Part shown: positions 13,301 to 25,580 of the stretch, one piece after another
Layout: every line of letters starts with the position of its first letter
Numbering within the stretch: position 1 is the first letter of the stretch
NCBI GenBank assembly: GCA_029717555.1
Contig: JAMDHS010000061.1
Location: forward strand, 1-64,000
Length of the DNA: 64,000 nt
Source of the DNA: Peribolospora baueri
Taxonomy: Eukaryota
Direction: 5' to 3'
The notes under the pieces: generated by a model
Seen by the model: the letters and a program-made list of their open reading frames with translations, nothing else
Database searches by the model: none
Told to the model about the DNA's origin: nothing
Translations under genes and position numbers: made by a program

Positions 13301-14230
13301 TAATTTCTCTGAGCAGCCCCGCCTTCCGAAGGGAACTCGGCATTTGTGAGGTCTTGTCCGACGGATGTCGACTTCGTCGGACTTGACAGATGTGTATTAG
13401 AGAGGACAGGCGTGTTGACGTTGATGCTCGGTGAGTCCGGTGGAGCCTCTCCGCTAGCTCGAGGTGGCTCTGAGACAAAATCGTTGATGTACTGCGCAAG
13501 ACAATGGAACGTGGGCCAAAGCCCAGACGAACGAACAAGGAGATGACGTTTTTGGACTCACACAGTAGTACCCCCTTGGAACTAATCCCCTCACACCGTC
13601 CTTTATCGCCAGGCTCCAACCGCCAGCGAGTTCCTCGTTTAAAATATCAAAGCATTCGCCAGCGAGGACGCTAAGCTCGTTGAAGTTCGCCTCTCCATCG
13701 AAGTCGTACAATGCCCTGGCCGACCGTCCTCGTGACACATGGGCTTGCGAGGCCGGTTGATCTCCTGACGACGAGGAGGGGGTGGGAATTGGGGACGAGG
13801 TAGATACGGAGATAACACCTTGGGAAACCATAAGGGTTGTACCGGTCGTGGGGAGAGGCTGAGAAGGAAGAAGCGGAGAGAGGTTTCCTCCCGACGTTGA
13901 CTTCGGAGACGTGGCGCCCGTTGCCGCTTCCCGACCGTCCCCATTCGACCTGACGTCTATTTTCTTTGGCGTCGAGTGTTCCTCCTCCCCCTCAGAGGAA
14001 AGCCACTCTTGTTCGTCCAACGCAGTTCTGTAGGTATCCTTTCCGGAGAAGAAGGAGCTCGTCGCACTCAAATCCGCTGCAGTGTACGGACTGCCGTGAC
14101 GAGGGGCAGTCCTAGCGATCTTGATGGACGAGGAGAAAGAGCTCTTGTAGCTCTTTTTGAAGCCTGCTATAGAGCGTACGGAAAGGTGCGCAGGTTTGGG
14201 TGGGGGTGGAGGTCGAGGTACGGTGCTCAT
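10326..14230 (-). CDS. SH3-PX-BAR sorting nexin (SNX9/18/33-like)
   Basis: SH3 domain (ARALYDFDG..ELSV..GWSL..GLVPRGY), FNRFSPFVTSGAEEFII, PX domain (VERRFSQFFWL..LPALPEKQYAGRFSKEFVETRR) and a helical BAR region (SEMDRAHDERVEDYRRLMEGYLDGQIDFFE). Confidence 0.88.
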
Positions 14231-14437
14231 GGCCCGCCTTGATAGAAACAGAACTAGGGAGGAGGGTATAATCTCGAACGGTGAGCCGCTCGAGATCGTC
14301 ATTGGCGGTGAGCGGAAGAAGTGGTCGGTCGTGGCACCCCTAACTTACTGCGGCCGATCAGTCGTCGTCGGCGACCAATTTTCTTCCCGTCGCCGTGTTC
14401 TCTCTCCAGCCAAACCAGACCGACTCCATTCTCACTG

Positions 14438-15152
14438 ATGGACAAGCATCCTTCCGTACGTAGGGTTTATTCGTAAAGAGACGGTGCAGCCAGAGACTAG
14501 CTCACGCCTCTCCTTGCTTTGCTACCCAGTACGCGTCTGTGGAGCCCTTCGCACGAAGGTATCCCCAGCAGGCGCCGGCACTTTTCCAGGCGTGGATCGA
14601 CCTGAAGCACGGTGAGGCTTAGTCTTCCTTTATCAGGCCTTGAGTACCTTCCTTGTGTTTACATGGTGTTTTCTCGTTTGTTTTGTCCTCCTTCTATTGG
14701 TAGCTGCAAGATGGGTGGAGCTTGAGCCAGTAGACCTCCCTGGCGTGGGAGCCGCTGCCCTCAAAGGTCGGAAATCGGACAAGGTAAGCGATTCTGTTCA
14801 CGCAGAGATTTGAGAGCAGGGAGTGAAAATGGACGACACTTATCACTTCTGACTTGGACGACACGATCGGTCTTAGGAGGCGCAACAATTTATCTTTCCC
14901 TGTACTCTTGCGACGTCCCTTTCCATGGCTCGGTACGTGGCGCCTGAGATTCGCCGCCCTTGAACGTTTTGGTAAAATTGATATTAACCAGGTTCGTAAA
15001 AATTTTTGACCCCTTTTCATTTTAGTTTTACCGCCGTGTTCGAGGACCTACCATCGCCGACACCAGACTCTATACTCTTGGCCGTGCTCTCGCCAGACTC
15101 TACGGTCGTGTACTACAAGATATCAAAAGGCATGGTGAAGCCAATCAACTGA
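14438..15152 (+). CDS. SEN15: tRNA-splicing endonuclease subunit Sen15 (5 short exons, not in ORF track)
   Basis: Manual splicing gives MDKHPS|YASVEPFARRYPQQAPALFQAWIDLKH|AARWVELEPVDLPG..KGRKSDK|EAQQFIFPCTLATSLSMA|RFTAVFEDLPSPTPDSILLAVLSPDSTVVYYKISKGMVKPIN*. The C-terminal LA...DSTxVYYK..G..KP is the Sen15 signature. Confidence 0.9.
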
Positions 15153-16327
15153 AGGTGCAGCTCCAGTTTTCATTCCGTCGCATGGTCGGCTATTGAGCGT
15201 GAAGGATATCTGCTCGACATTACAGTGCAGATGAAATAGTGTAGGTGAAATCTCGGCTGTATTGGCGGGTTCTTCCTGTTAGGCACCAGCCTGGCCTCTA
15301 ATCACCTGTATCTTTCCAGTAGCCAGTGACGAGGATGCCGAAGACACACGGTACATGAAGCGCCACCGAAAGTACTCACTCCGTGAAGAAGACCTCGACG
15401 TCGAGGTCGGCCGTCATTATCCAAATCAATCGCCACCGTGGTGTTTCATCGCGGTGCCCTCGCTCTATACCCTTGTTGTCGCGCGAGCTGTCATCGGCCA
15501 AAAGGCGGAGGGCCCTCACCGCCCAGTCTGGTGAGCATATTGCTTGCGTCTCCTTTCTTCTCTGCCTTCCATTCCGGTTCTCTTTGTACTCCGCAATTGG
15601 CTTTCTGTCTCTCTTTCTTGCTGGCCGATGATCAAAACACACACGTGTCCCACAGAGAGGGACGAGAGAACCGGCCTGACTCATTCTCCTCGCGAGGAAG
15701 GGCGGCATGCGTCTCCGTGACAAATAACTTGATCTAATATGAGGCTAATCTGAGACCGTCGAGATCCGCCGATCCATCGACTCAGGCTTGCCAAGTTCTC
15801 CGCAACGTCTCTGGTCTCATGAAGGACTTCTTACTGACGCCCTTCGCACCTTTACGTTATATTGCTTTTGCCTTGTTTCAGATTTGCAGGTCTTGGCGGC
15901 CAGAGGGTCCTGTTCTGGCATTCCTGCCTGCCCGTCCCTGAGAAAGTTGAATACCGGCAAGCGGCTTCGTTCCAATTGGTATATCATCTGGCCGCCGTTG
16001 CAGCAACCTAGGTCGATCGCTCGCCGCCGATGTACCGAGCCAGTATATGTATCCAAGTCAGCCGTGGAATCCCAATGAGCGTCACAATCCGTCGGTCCCA
16101 AACCCGAGGCTCTGAATAAGTGACTACGATTTGGCAAGCACTTCTTTTTAATGAGCGCAGGGTTACACCATCCAGCCTCACACAAATCCGTGCTTCCCAC
16201 ACTGAAGCCTTTTTAAAGCAGTCAAACCGAACCGACATGAAAATGACATGGACATATTGGAGGAGCGGACCGGTACTGGCGGACCGGCTGCTCGTCTGAC
16301 TGGTTCCTTCATTGGTAACCCCGACAG

Positions 16328-16905
16328 ATCCTTCGCGTGGCCGCACACAACTCTGCGACCTTTGAATGGGAGCACCACGAGCACGTCGGGCGTGCCGGCG
16401 GCCTCACCGTCCCCAGCTGGCGGTGATCGGTGATGTGACCCGCACCCCTCTCTCTCCGCTCTCCTTCGCGTCCACCGAGTCCCTCTCGCCGCTACAGTCA
16501 GCAGCGCTAGCCTTTGCAGACACCATGACGAAGAAGATCAAGGTGCCCGATGCGGTGTTTGACCAGCTCAAACAAGAGTTTCAGCGGGCCGGGTCGAGCG
16601 CCAAAAGGGCTGGCTACGAGGGAGCAGGACTGGAGCAGCAGATGGTGGAGGCGACGAGCGCTGTGGCATGCTACAACATGGTCTCTCGCTTCCTCGTCGC
16701 TCTTGACGTGGACGACAAAGCTAGGGTCTTCCTACCTCAGCCGGCCGTCAACCCCGTCTACATCCCTGTTCCTTCTCCGGGCTCCGTCAAAGCCGATGAA
16801 ACACTCTATGCCCAGATCTCGGTAGCGGGAGCAGACAAACCCTGGCTGGCGTTTGTGAACAGCCTACTCACCGATCTCTCCCTCTGGCGCACATCCTCCA
16901 TTTAA
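16328..16905 (+). pseudogene. Fragment of a carboxymuconolactone decarboxylase (AhpD-like) / alpha-beta hydrolase fusion gene
   Basis: After an acceptor at 16327 it reads ILRVAAHNSATFEWEHHEHVGRAGGLT, then frameshifts at the C-run 16411-16414. It continues ALAFADTMTK..VPDAVF..QMVEATSAVACYNMVSRFLVALDV, then KPWLAFVNSLLTDLSLW and stops. I found no 5' exons. Confidence 0.75.
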
Positions 16906-17476
16906 ATTATCGCTGCCAGTTAGAAGGCTAAGAGTGTTGACTTGGGCCACAAGTGGAGTCTTCCGCGGCGATGTGCATCTCCAAGGGCGACGTGATGAGC
17001 ATATCCCAAGCGAAGGTGAGGAGTTATGAGGAAACAAAAGCCTTTCGGCATGTAGCCGCCACGACTGTCGACGCTGAGTCTGCACAAGCTGGTTCCAAAG
17101 CATACGTCGAAGAAAAGGGCCACTACCTGCCGTGCCCCCCTGACAGAAAGCACAGCTTGACTATGAATGCTGCCCTCGACAAGTTTTGGTTTTCCATTGA
17201 AAGTGGATTCGAAGAGTTTGGGTAGGATCACGATCCAGGGGTGCTTAGGGAAGTTCCAGATCAGGTGAGAATAACGAGAACGACGTATCGTTCACAGACC
17301 GACGTCCACGCACAGAGTGATTGCTTTTGCGTTGCCTCCGCGTGCAGAAGAAAAAAAAAGACAAAAAAACCTTAAGAATCGCACAAAGATCGACTTGCAC
17401 AACGTGCAAAAGTCCAAACAAGCCCAACAGTCCACTACGCTTCAGGATATAAGTTTGCAAGTGTGCATGCCGTCTC

Positions 17477-19448
17477 TCAAAGCTCTCCAACAGACACCAG
17501 GCCGAGGTCCTTCAACAGCGCTGGCCTGCCCTTCTTGCTCGCCTCTGACGATGCGGAAGAGACGGAGGCACCTGGAGCGGAGGAAGGGGAGCGGTTTAGG
17601 AAATAGCGCGATATTTTCACTGGTTCATCCGTCCTGCGATGCGTGTGTGGCATTTCGTCGAGTCAACCGTCAGGAACGGGGGCCAGAACAGTGTACGAGA
17701 GGGCAGGGCAATCAGTTTACGTCGTCCTCTACCTGCACTGCACGACCCCTCAAAGCTCACCACCGAACGGCGACCCCCTTCTCCTCCATCAAGGTCTTTG
17801 CGGTTGCCCAACTGAACCTGACAATGGGATGAAAGCCGAACACTGGGTCCAGGTGCGCACGAAGATAGGCGTGGGTGTCTGGGTCTGCTCGCGTTGTGGG
17901 GCGTGGAACGTGGACGGGTGAGTGAGAAACATAGACTGGAGAGAGGACGAGATCACTGTGGCTTGAGGAAGCTCGCTCACCACCGGGGTATCCGCTTCCC
18001 AGCCGACCGCACCTCTCCAAACCATCGCCACCGTCGCCAGTGTCCACCGTGTCGTCATCCTTTTCCTTGTCATCACAATCGGTTATAGCATCGACTGCCT
18101 CTCCTCCTCTCGTCAATTTGACGCTCGCTCTCTGTCTCTTCTGAGCAACTGCAACTGCATCTGCATCGTCTCCGCATCGCTCTCCTTCTCTCCGTTGCTC
18201 CCCTTCATCCTTTGCCTCCCACCAGACCCATGAAGGCACCCCCCCCTCCCCTCTCACCCATTTCCACCCCTCCACAATCTCGTCTCTCGTCACTTTTGCA
18301 GCGATCGAGGCTGCCCCAACAACAGGGAAGAGCGCATCGGCCTTAGAGGTGACGAGGAAGCGGATATGGCGAGGGAAGAAAGACTCGAGCTGGCGTTGGT
18401 AGGTCGCCGGATTGCCCACAGTGTCGACGTAGATCTAATTTCGGTCGCCAGGGCGACAGGTAAGACGACCGTAGTTAGCGTCCGTTAGGCTCGCACAGGG
18501 CACGGCCTTGCTTAGCCGAGGACCCACCTCGGTGACGTTGACGCCCCTATCTAGCACATCTCGAATAAGCCCGATGGTGGCGTCGTGGGCCTGAGCATTA
18601 AGGTTGTACGGGTGTCGACGGAGCATGCCGGCGGAGATGTCTTGCGGGGACAAGACGCGGACACCCCAGCCTGCGAGCGAAGGAGGAGATGGAAAAAAAG
18701 CCAGTGAAAACGAGGAAAGGCGCAGGGAAGTGACCAAGGAGTGCATGCCCACCTAGTCGCTCCGGGTCGGAGCATAGTTTTTGCAGGAGCTCGGAGCGAC
18801 GCTCAGCGGTGAGAGCTTTCGAGTCTGTGGGTTGTCACAAAAGGGGACAAAGATGGATGAACGGCGTGCAACCCATGTAACGTGACGGCGGAAAGCGCAC
18901 CGGTGAAGCCGAGATCTTTCAGTTGGTCTTGGAAGGAGATGGGGCAGTAGGCAACTGCGTAGACCATGGGACCTGTTCGAGTGCGATGGGGCATTCAATG
19001 AAGAAAGGAGGCAAGGCTGACAAGGATGAGACATGCAAAAGTGTCGGAGGAGACTGGGTGGTTTCACGCTCTTTCCCGCCCGGCCTTGCGCTCGCTCACC
19101 TAGCACTGGCCCGCGCCCCGCCTCGTCAATGCCTAACACACAAGGGGTGCGCTCGGTCTCGTCCTTTCCCGGCCTTTCATTGCCATCGCTGCGTTCTTCG
19201 TCCGCATTTGAAACCTCCGCCACGCAGGCAATAGGAACGTCCGAGTGCCATGAGTAGCTCGACACCAATGGCTCGCCTCGTACTGATGGAACGGGCAGGG
19301 ACAGCATCGGGGGCGGCGGTGGGGTCGAAGCGACGGAGGCGGCGGCCGCGTCGTCGTCTTTGCTGCCGTCGACGTGCCGAGGTGTGTCGCGCTTGCTCTT
19401 CTTGTTCGGTGGCAAGGATGCACTCGACCGAGTTCGCTTGGGCGGCAT
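17477..19448 (-). CDS. RNH201: Ribonuclease H2 catalytic subunit A
   Basis: LGIDEAGRGPVLG|PMVY, DSK, YNLNAQAHDAT, IYVDTVG, SKADALFPVVGAASIAAKVTRD, GSGYP, VRFSWAT. The last exon ends KDLGLVSVGEL*. Confidence 0.96.
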
Positions 19449-22400
19449 GGCGGAGCTCCTTCCGTGCTTGTTTCGTGCCCTTGTTTCCTCGTCTGTGGGT
19501 CCCTGAGTGGCAGCGAGCCCGTGGTGGACGTCTCAGTCGCGTGCGTGGTGCCAAGCGCGTAAATTACCGCGGCTGCGGCAGTCGCCTGCTGTGGCTCAGC
19601 CATGAGATGGTTAGGTTGTCCATGTAGATATCTACCTACCTACCTTGTCCAACCAGTGTCGTCATTTCCTGTCGCATGCTCTTACATCAGCCCGCACTGT
19701 CCCGCTTGGCCCTCGACTTCCGCCGTGTAGACCCGAGTGCCTTGTCAATTGCACTCTCCCCGCTCGCGAGCCATGCTCGACAACGATGCCCTGCCCGTTG
19801 CTGCGGGCTGGCGGTGCGCGCTCTCGGCGGCGGCATGACGGATCAGGCGGCGAACAGGACCGACGTCTCCCGCACCCCTCACCATCTCGTAACGACACGG
19901 CAGTGACGAGCGGGAGGCAAGGTGAGGCGAGACAACATCTCAGAACCTTACGCAGAGTCGTGGAATGCCATGACAAGGGGAGCACACGTCGCTTTGGCTC
20001 GTCTAGGATGAAAGCGTGGCGCTCCCCAGAGCAGCGTCATGCAGCGACGCACCGCCTCATCTTGGCTGACCCACTCATCGAGCCGTCGTTGACCGGACGA
20101 CGAGGCTTGTAAAGGGTCGCCATTGTGACCTCGTTCATCTTTTTTCCTTCTCCCTGAATCAGGTTGCGATGCCGTCCTCGCGCCTTTTCTCGCTCGCTCC
20201 CGACGCTCCGACGTCCGCGGTCGACCGACGGCTCTCCGCCCTGCCGGAGCCGATCGACCCCACACGATCTCCGCCCTCGCAGCCCTCTGGACGAAGTGGC
20301 GAATTGCGGCCCCGAAAATCCTTCTTTTCGTCGCTTCTGCGGAGCCAGCGAGGAAGAGTGCTTCCCTTCCTTGTCTGCGTCGTCATCACTTTGCGCCGAT
20401 CGCCTTCGATCCTGTTCAAAGGGCAGCGTGGACCGATGCAGCACCTTTGAACCTCGTCTCGGAGAAGGTGTGGGATCACGACTGCGCGCAAGACAGAGAC
20501 GCTGAGCGTAATTGGCAGCGAAGAGCCGGGTTCGTGAAGACGGAGACCGTCGTATCTTCCTCGGCCGCGTCCTTACTCGTGGCTCGGGTGGACGCCGAGG
20601 GCGAGTATGAAGAAGCAAGCCGTCGCGGCTGCCAAGGCACCGTGGGAGGGGGCGAGTCAGAAGGCGACGCGTAAGCTGAAGAAACGCAGACCGCCGCACC
20701 GTACAGGCGCTCTCGGCCGAGGGCATGAGCAGGGGTGGGAGCGAGGACGGGAAGCGGAGCTCGCCGACGGAGGGAAGGCTTTGCTCCTAAATGAGGGAGG
20801 ACCGTCTCGACCGAGTGCGGACGAGGGGGCGGCGTGGGGAACGAGGGGAAAGAACGGCAGAGCGGTGTTAAAGTCTACTCGGCATGGCGCCACAAATTCC
20901 AAGATTAAGGGCAATCTCAACACTGCGGACCTCGGGGAGGGCGGTAGTCGGGTGGAAGGCAAGAGCGAGTCGTTTGACCCCGTTTCCCACCGACTACTTA
21001 GAGGCAAGCGGAGCTTCGACGGTCGCAAGCGAGACCACGCGATATCTCTTTGGACCGTGCAGGGCTGGGCTGGCTTGCAAACGAATGAGGAGAACGACGC
21101 AAACGAGAACAGTGAAGGGGACGAGAACTGGCCAGGCGGAGAGTATAGGTATGGCCTGCCCACGTCGGACGGCCGGGAAGGCGACATTAGCACCTCGATG
21201 GGTAGCCATACTTGCCCTGGAGAGTTGGTCAACCTTGCCCGTGTCGAGGGCAGAGCGTGGTGGACCGGGAAGGCCCGGTTGCCTCGACAGCGCGGACCAA
21301 CGATAGCAGCACGACAATGAGGGAGAGGCGGGAGACGATGAACGGTACGAACCTCGCTTCTCCACCCTCGGCTCCATCTCCAGCTCCAGAGCCCACGGTC
21401 GCGCGCGTCAACCAGAAATCGCTCGAGGCGACTTCATCAGCGGCTCTACGAGCGCTCGTTCAGCTGGGAACGGACATTCGCGGCGGGAGGGGACTGATAC
21501 TGGCGACACCTTCCGGTCGACCGCCAGCTCGGGCTCCGGCCCGAAAGGAGCACCGCTCTCGCTGCCGAAGCGATGACTCGGAGCGCAAGGCAACCGTTGT
21601 GCTCGTACAGGGATGCGAAAGACCAAGTCGACCGCTACAGGGTCCGAATCCCGACTCCCCTCTTCTACCGGCAGCACTGTCAACCATGAATGCTCACAGG
21701 AAGGTGGCGACGGCCGCCAGCCGCCCCGGTCGCGGTTCTCTTAGAGCCCGGCGCACCTGCTTGAGCTGATTCTCTTCGAGTTTCCACTATCCACCCGTCT
21801 TCATGCTTTTCAACGCTCAGCCTTCCAGCAATGACAATAACACCGGTGGATGTGGCGGTCGCAGGGCCGCCCTCGGAGGTGGTGCAGCTGGAGCCAGCCA
21901 GAGAAGGGCCACATGCGGGTTCTATCCAATGACGTTCTCGGCGTGTCTAATCCTAGGACGAACGATCACGATGTCAGCTTCCGCCCATGAGCAAAAATTG
22001 GGAGCGGGAGGGCAAGTACGAGCAAAGCCTGGCGTGCGAGACTTTTACAAGGTAAGCAAGATGCCAAGACTGACGGGGGCGGACACATCTTCCTGCCCTT
22101 CGATGGCGTGCCCCGCTTCCATTGGCGCTTTGGAGCGCCGCTCAAGACTACAAGAGGGACAGAATGGGCAGCACGAGGCTCGACGCCGCCGCCGCAATTC
22201 CCAGGTGTACGGGAGCTGGGGACGAGGATGTAGCGCCTGATGTGCTAGAGATATGGAAAGGGGGCGAGGGAGAACCTCCAACGCAGCTGGTCACTAATCT
22301 AGGCGCGTCTGGACCCTTTTTCTTATTTTATTTTATTTTTTTTATTTTCGCCGACCCCAGTCTAACAAAATCGTCCATGCGCTCAGACAGGTAGTCATCC

Positions 22401-22841
22401 TCTCGTCTCGCGAAAGAGATACCGGAATGGTTTGAGTTCCTGAAGGAGGTTAGGCAGACGCGGGTTTCGAGGGAGCTGCGTACGGATATCAGCGGGGAGG
22501 CCGGAGACGACTTGCCTGATGAGGTAGCATTCCGAAAGCGTCTCGTCGACGTTGTGCCAGAGTTGAAGCTTATATTGGTAATAAGATATTGGTAATAAGA
22601 GACGACGTTCCTCACGGGAGATCTGCCAAGTGCGACGCTCAACGGCCATGTGGGCTTCGTGTTCGTCTATCGTCGTCGTGTCTGCGAGCATGTCGATCGC
22701 GCCTACAGCGATGGGAGCCGAGACGAGCCCGGAACTGCTGCGGCGCGTCGATCGTCGCGTTGTTGTCCCTCCAACTCCATTCATTCCATCGACCTCGTCC
22801 CTATCCGCACTCTTCCTCAACACCGCAAGTCCTTCGCCGCC

Positions 22842-24946
22842 ATGTCCCCCCTGGTGGCGAATTCCTCAGGGGTGGCAGCGGCTGCTCCGGCTCCTCCCGC
22901 TGTTTCCGCTGATCTGTCGTCAGAGCAGCTCGACCAGACCTCGGTGCTCCTGGCGAGCAACCACACCGACCTCATCTCGGATGTAGCTTACAACTTTGAC
23001 GGTCGGAGGATCGCTACCGCCGGCGCCGATCAGAGGGTATGCGTTTGGGAGAGGCCCGGGGATGAAGGGGAGTGGGCCTTTGTTGATGCGTGGACAGTGA
23101 GTGAGCCTTCGCACTAGGCTGCCTCGGCCGGCCGTATCCGCTCCTCCTTGGGACTGAATCTTTTCGACGGTCCGAATCATCTTTACATCTGTTTTCTTTA
23201 CCCTGCATGTTTTCTCTACGCGCACGTCATGTACAGGCCCACAACGCCGCCGTGACCCGAGTAGCGTGGGCGCACCCCAGCTTCGGAAACATACTCGCGA
23301 CCGCGAGCTTCGACAGGTCCATCAGGATCTGGCAAGAGGTATCCAATGGCAAGTGACCTCGCTCCTGCTTCCATCCGTTAAACAAGCTCAATTTACACTC
23401 TTGTCACGCATGTTCTTGCGGACAGAGAACAAGGCTCGACGGTGGGTGGAGCGAGCCAAGTTGATCGACGCCCGGGGCAGCGTGCGGGATCTGGCGTTCG
23501 CGCCCCATGCCTTTGGCTTGAAGCTGGTGAGGAGCGCCTTCTTCTCTCATGCTCGATGATTCGCGTTCGATGTGACTCTTGACGAAAGCGCTTTGTACGA
23601 AGGTACTCATCTCACTCTCGTTCCATTCGTTTTGTCAACGCACGCTTCTCCTCCGATCATAGGCTTCCATTTCATCAGATTCGTGCCTTCGCGTTCACGA
23701 GTGTATCGATATCTCAAACCTCTCCCGCTGGACTCTGATGGAGGAGATTGACGTCCCTTCGGCCGTCGCCGTCACGTCCGTGCCATCTAGTGGTACCGCC
23801 GCCTCAGCTCTGACCGCCGCCCAGCCGCGAACGGGCCTGGGTTCGAGTGTATCTGGGGGTGCAACGCCTGTAGGCGGAGACACGAGTCCGGCGGCTGGAG
23901 TTAGTACGCCAGGTGGCCTCGGCGTGACATCAGGAGCGAGAGTGAAGGAGGCGGACGGTGGGTGGGCGCTCAGCTGGTGCAAGGAGCGGTGGTGGGGACA
24001 GGTGATCGCAGTTGCCGCTGGCAGGGACGGGACAGTCAAGGTGAGTGATAGATAGGTTCGAACGAGGCCGAAGATCGCGAATGAATTTATCTCCGACCTG
24101 CCTTTGTATCGAACCTTTCAATTAATTTCTTCTCTTATTGCAGCTCTTCCATCTCGACGCCCCCTCGTCCTCCCGCTCTTCCATCCTGTCCATCGTACCG
24201 TCCAACCCCGTCGCCTCTCCCTTAGGCACCTCCACCACGCGCCAGATCCCGTCGGCCCCTATCGCGTCGATAGCGTGGGCTCCCTCTGTCGGCCGGTCTT
24301 ACCATCTCTTGGCTACCGGTAGTCGGGACGGCTTTGTGCGCATCTGGAAGGTACTCGCGCCAGAATCAAGGACGAGCGGGCTAGGAAGCTTTGTGCCCGG
24401 CCCTTTGTCATCATCAAGAGCTGCCCAAGGGGCATACGGGAGCTTACTGGGCGGCGTACGGGAGCAGACTCCGGCAAAGGAAGGCTGGTCCGCCGAGAGC
24501 GTCGCAAACTTTGATCATCACGGCGCGAGCGTGGGTAGGGTGGAATGGAACGTCTTCGGGTGAGCATACGGGCGGCGGTCTTCCTTCATGCTGCTCCGTC
24601 CTCTTGGAGGCGGAGGTCGTTCCAATGGTGGCATCGATCTGATTGATCCTTCCCTCCGTCACGTTTTCGATCGACTTGGGCTCGTTACTTGACTTGGTCT
24701 TGGATCAGGACGGTGCTCAGCAGCTCAGGCGACGATGGCTGCGTTCGGTTGTGGAAAGGTAAGATCCGGGCTCGAGACCAGGAGGGTCCGGTCACCGTCA
24801 ATCACCCTCGCTCATCCTTCCCTTCCCTTCCCTCGCGTCCAGCTTCGTACGTTGGCGAATGGCAACTCCTCGCCTCTCTGACGGCCGAACAGGCCCACGC
24901 GACTGTGTCAGGCGGGTCGGGAGAAGACGTGGCGATGGAGTCATAG
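22842..24946 (+). CDS. SEH1: WD40 nucleoporin / SEA-GATOR2 subunit Seh1
   Basis: HTDLISDVAYNFDGRRIATAGADQRV, VAWAHPSFGNILATASFDRSIRIWQE, DARGSVRDLAFAPHAFGLKL, AWAPSVGRSYHLLATGSRDG, RVEWNVFGTVLSSSGDDG. Confidence 0.92.
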
Positions 24947-25580
24947 CCAGCCGTCCTCGGTCGTCGTCGTCCTCGCTCCGTCTGCTCGTTCTCTGTACAC
25001 AGCACTGCAAACGTCAACCTTTTTCGTTCCTCCCCTTTCGGTCCGCAGGATGAGATTCCCAGCGGTTCGCTTAGCTTGTCCTTCTGTCAAGACGTCCGTC
25101 TCATCCTTTGTATGAGCGAACTCGTCGGAGAGCGCGTGATTTGTCAGTTTGTGACAAGAGGGCTCTACAATACACGGGGGAAAAAAAGCGAGGGACGGGG
25201 TGGGGGCCTGAACGCGTGGACGGAGGTGAAATAGCGGGAGAGCTGCAAAGCGAGCGGAGGAACGGGACGGTGGGGAGTCGGGACAGGAACGAAGGTCGGG
25301 CAAGCAGGCTGAACAATAGTCGAGGAGGAGGAGGAAGAGAAATGGCAGGTGCGAAGAAGCGGGGCGGACGATTGAATTTAGGAGTGGGTGTAGTGAGCGG
25401 GAAGCGAGAGCGGGGTAAGCGGGTGTGGGGACGGAGCGACGGAGAATGGTGAAATAGAGAGTAAGAGAGCGAGGGAGAGAGGGAGGGACGCAGACGATAC
25501 GAGAGGGAGAGAGTTCTGAGAATGAAAAGAAAAACAAAAACAAAAACGGGAGAACGAAACGATGGAACGGTCGGCCGCGG

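Noticed and set aside
15200..16320. Possible 5' exons of the CMD-like gene or a transposon remnant
   Set aside because: I could not identify CMD N-terminal motifs, transposase or RT motifs, or terminal repeats by eye.
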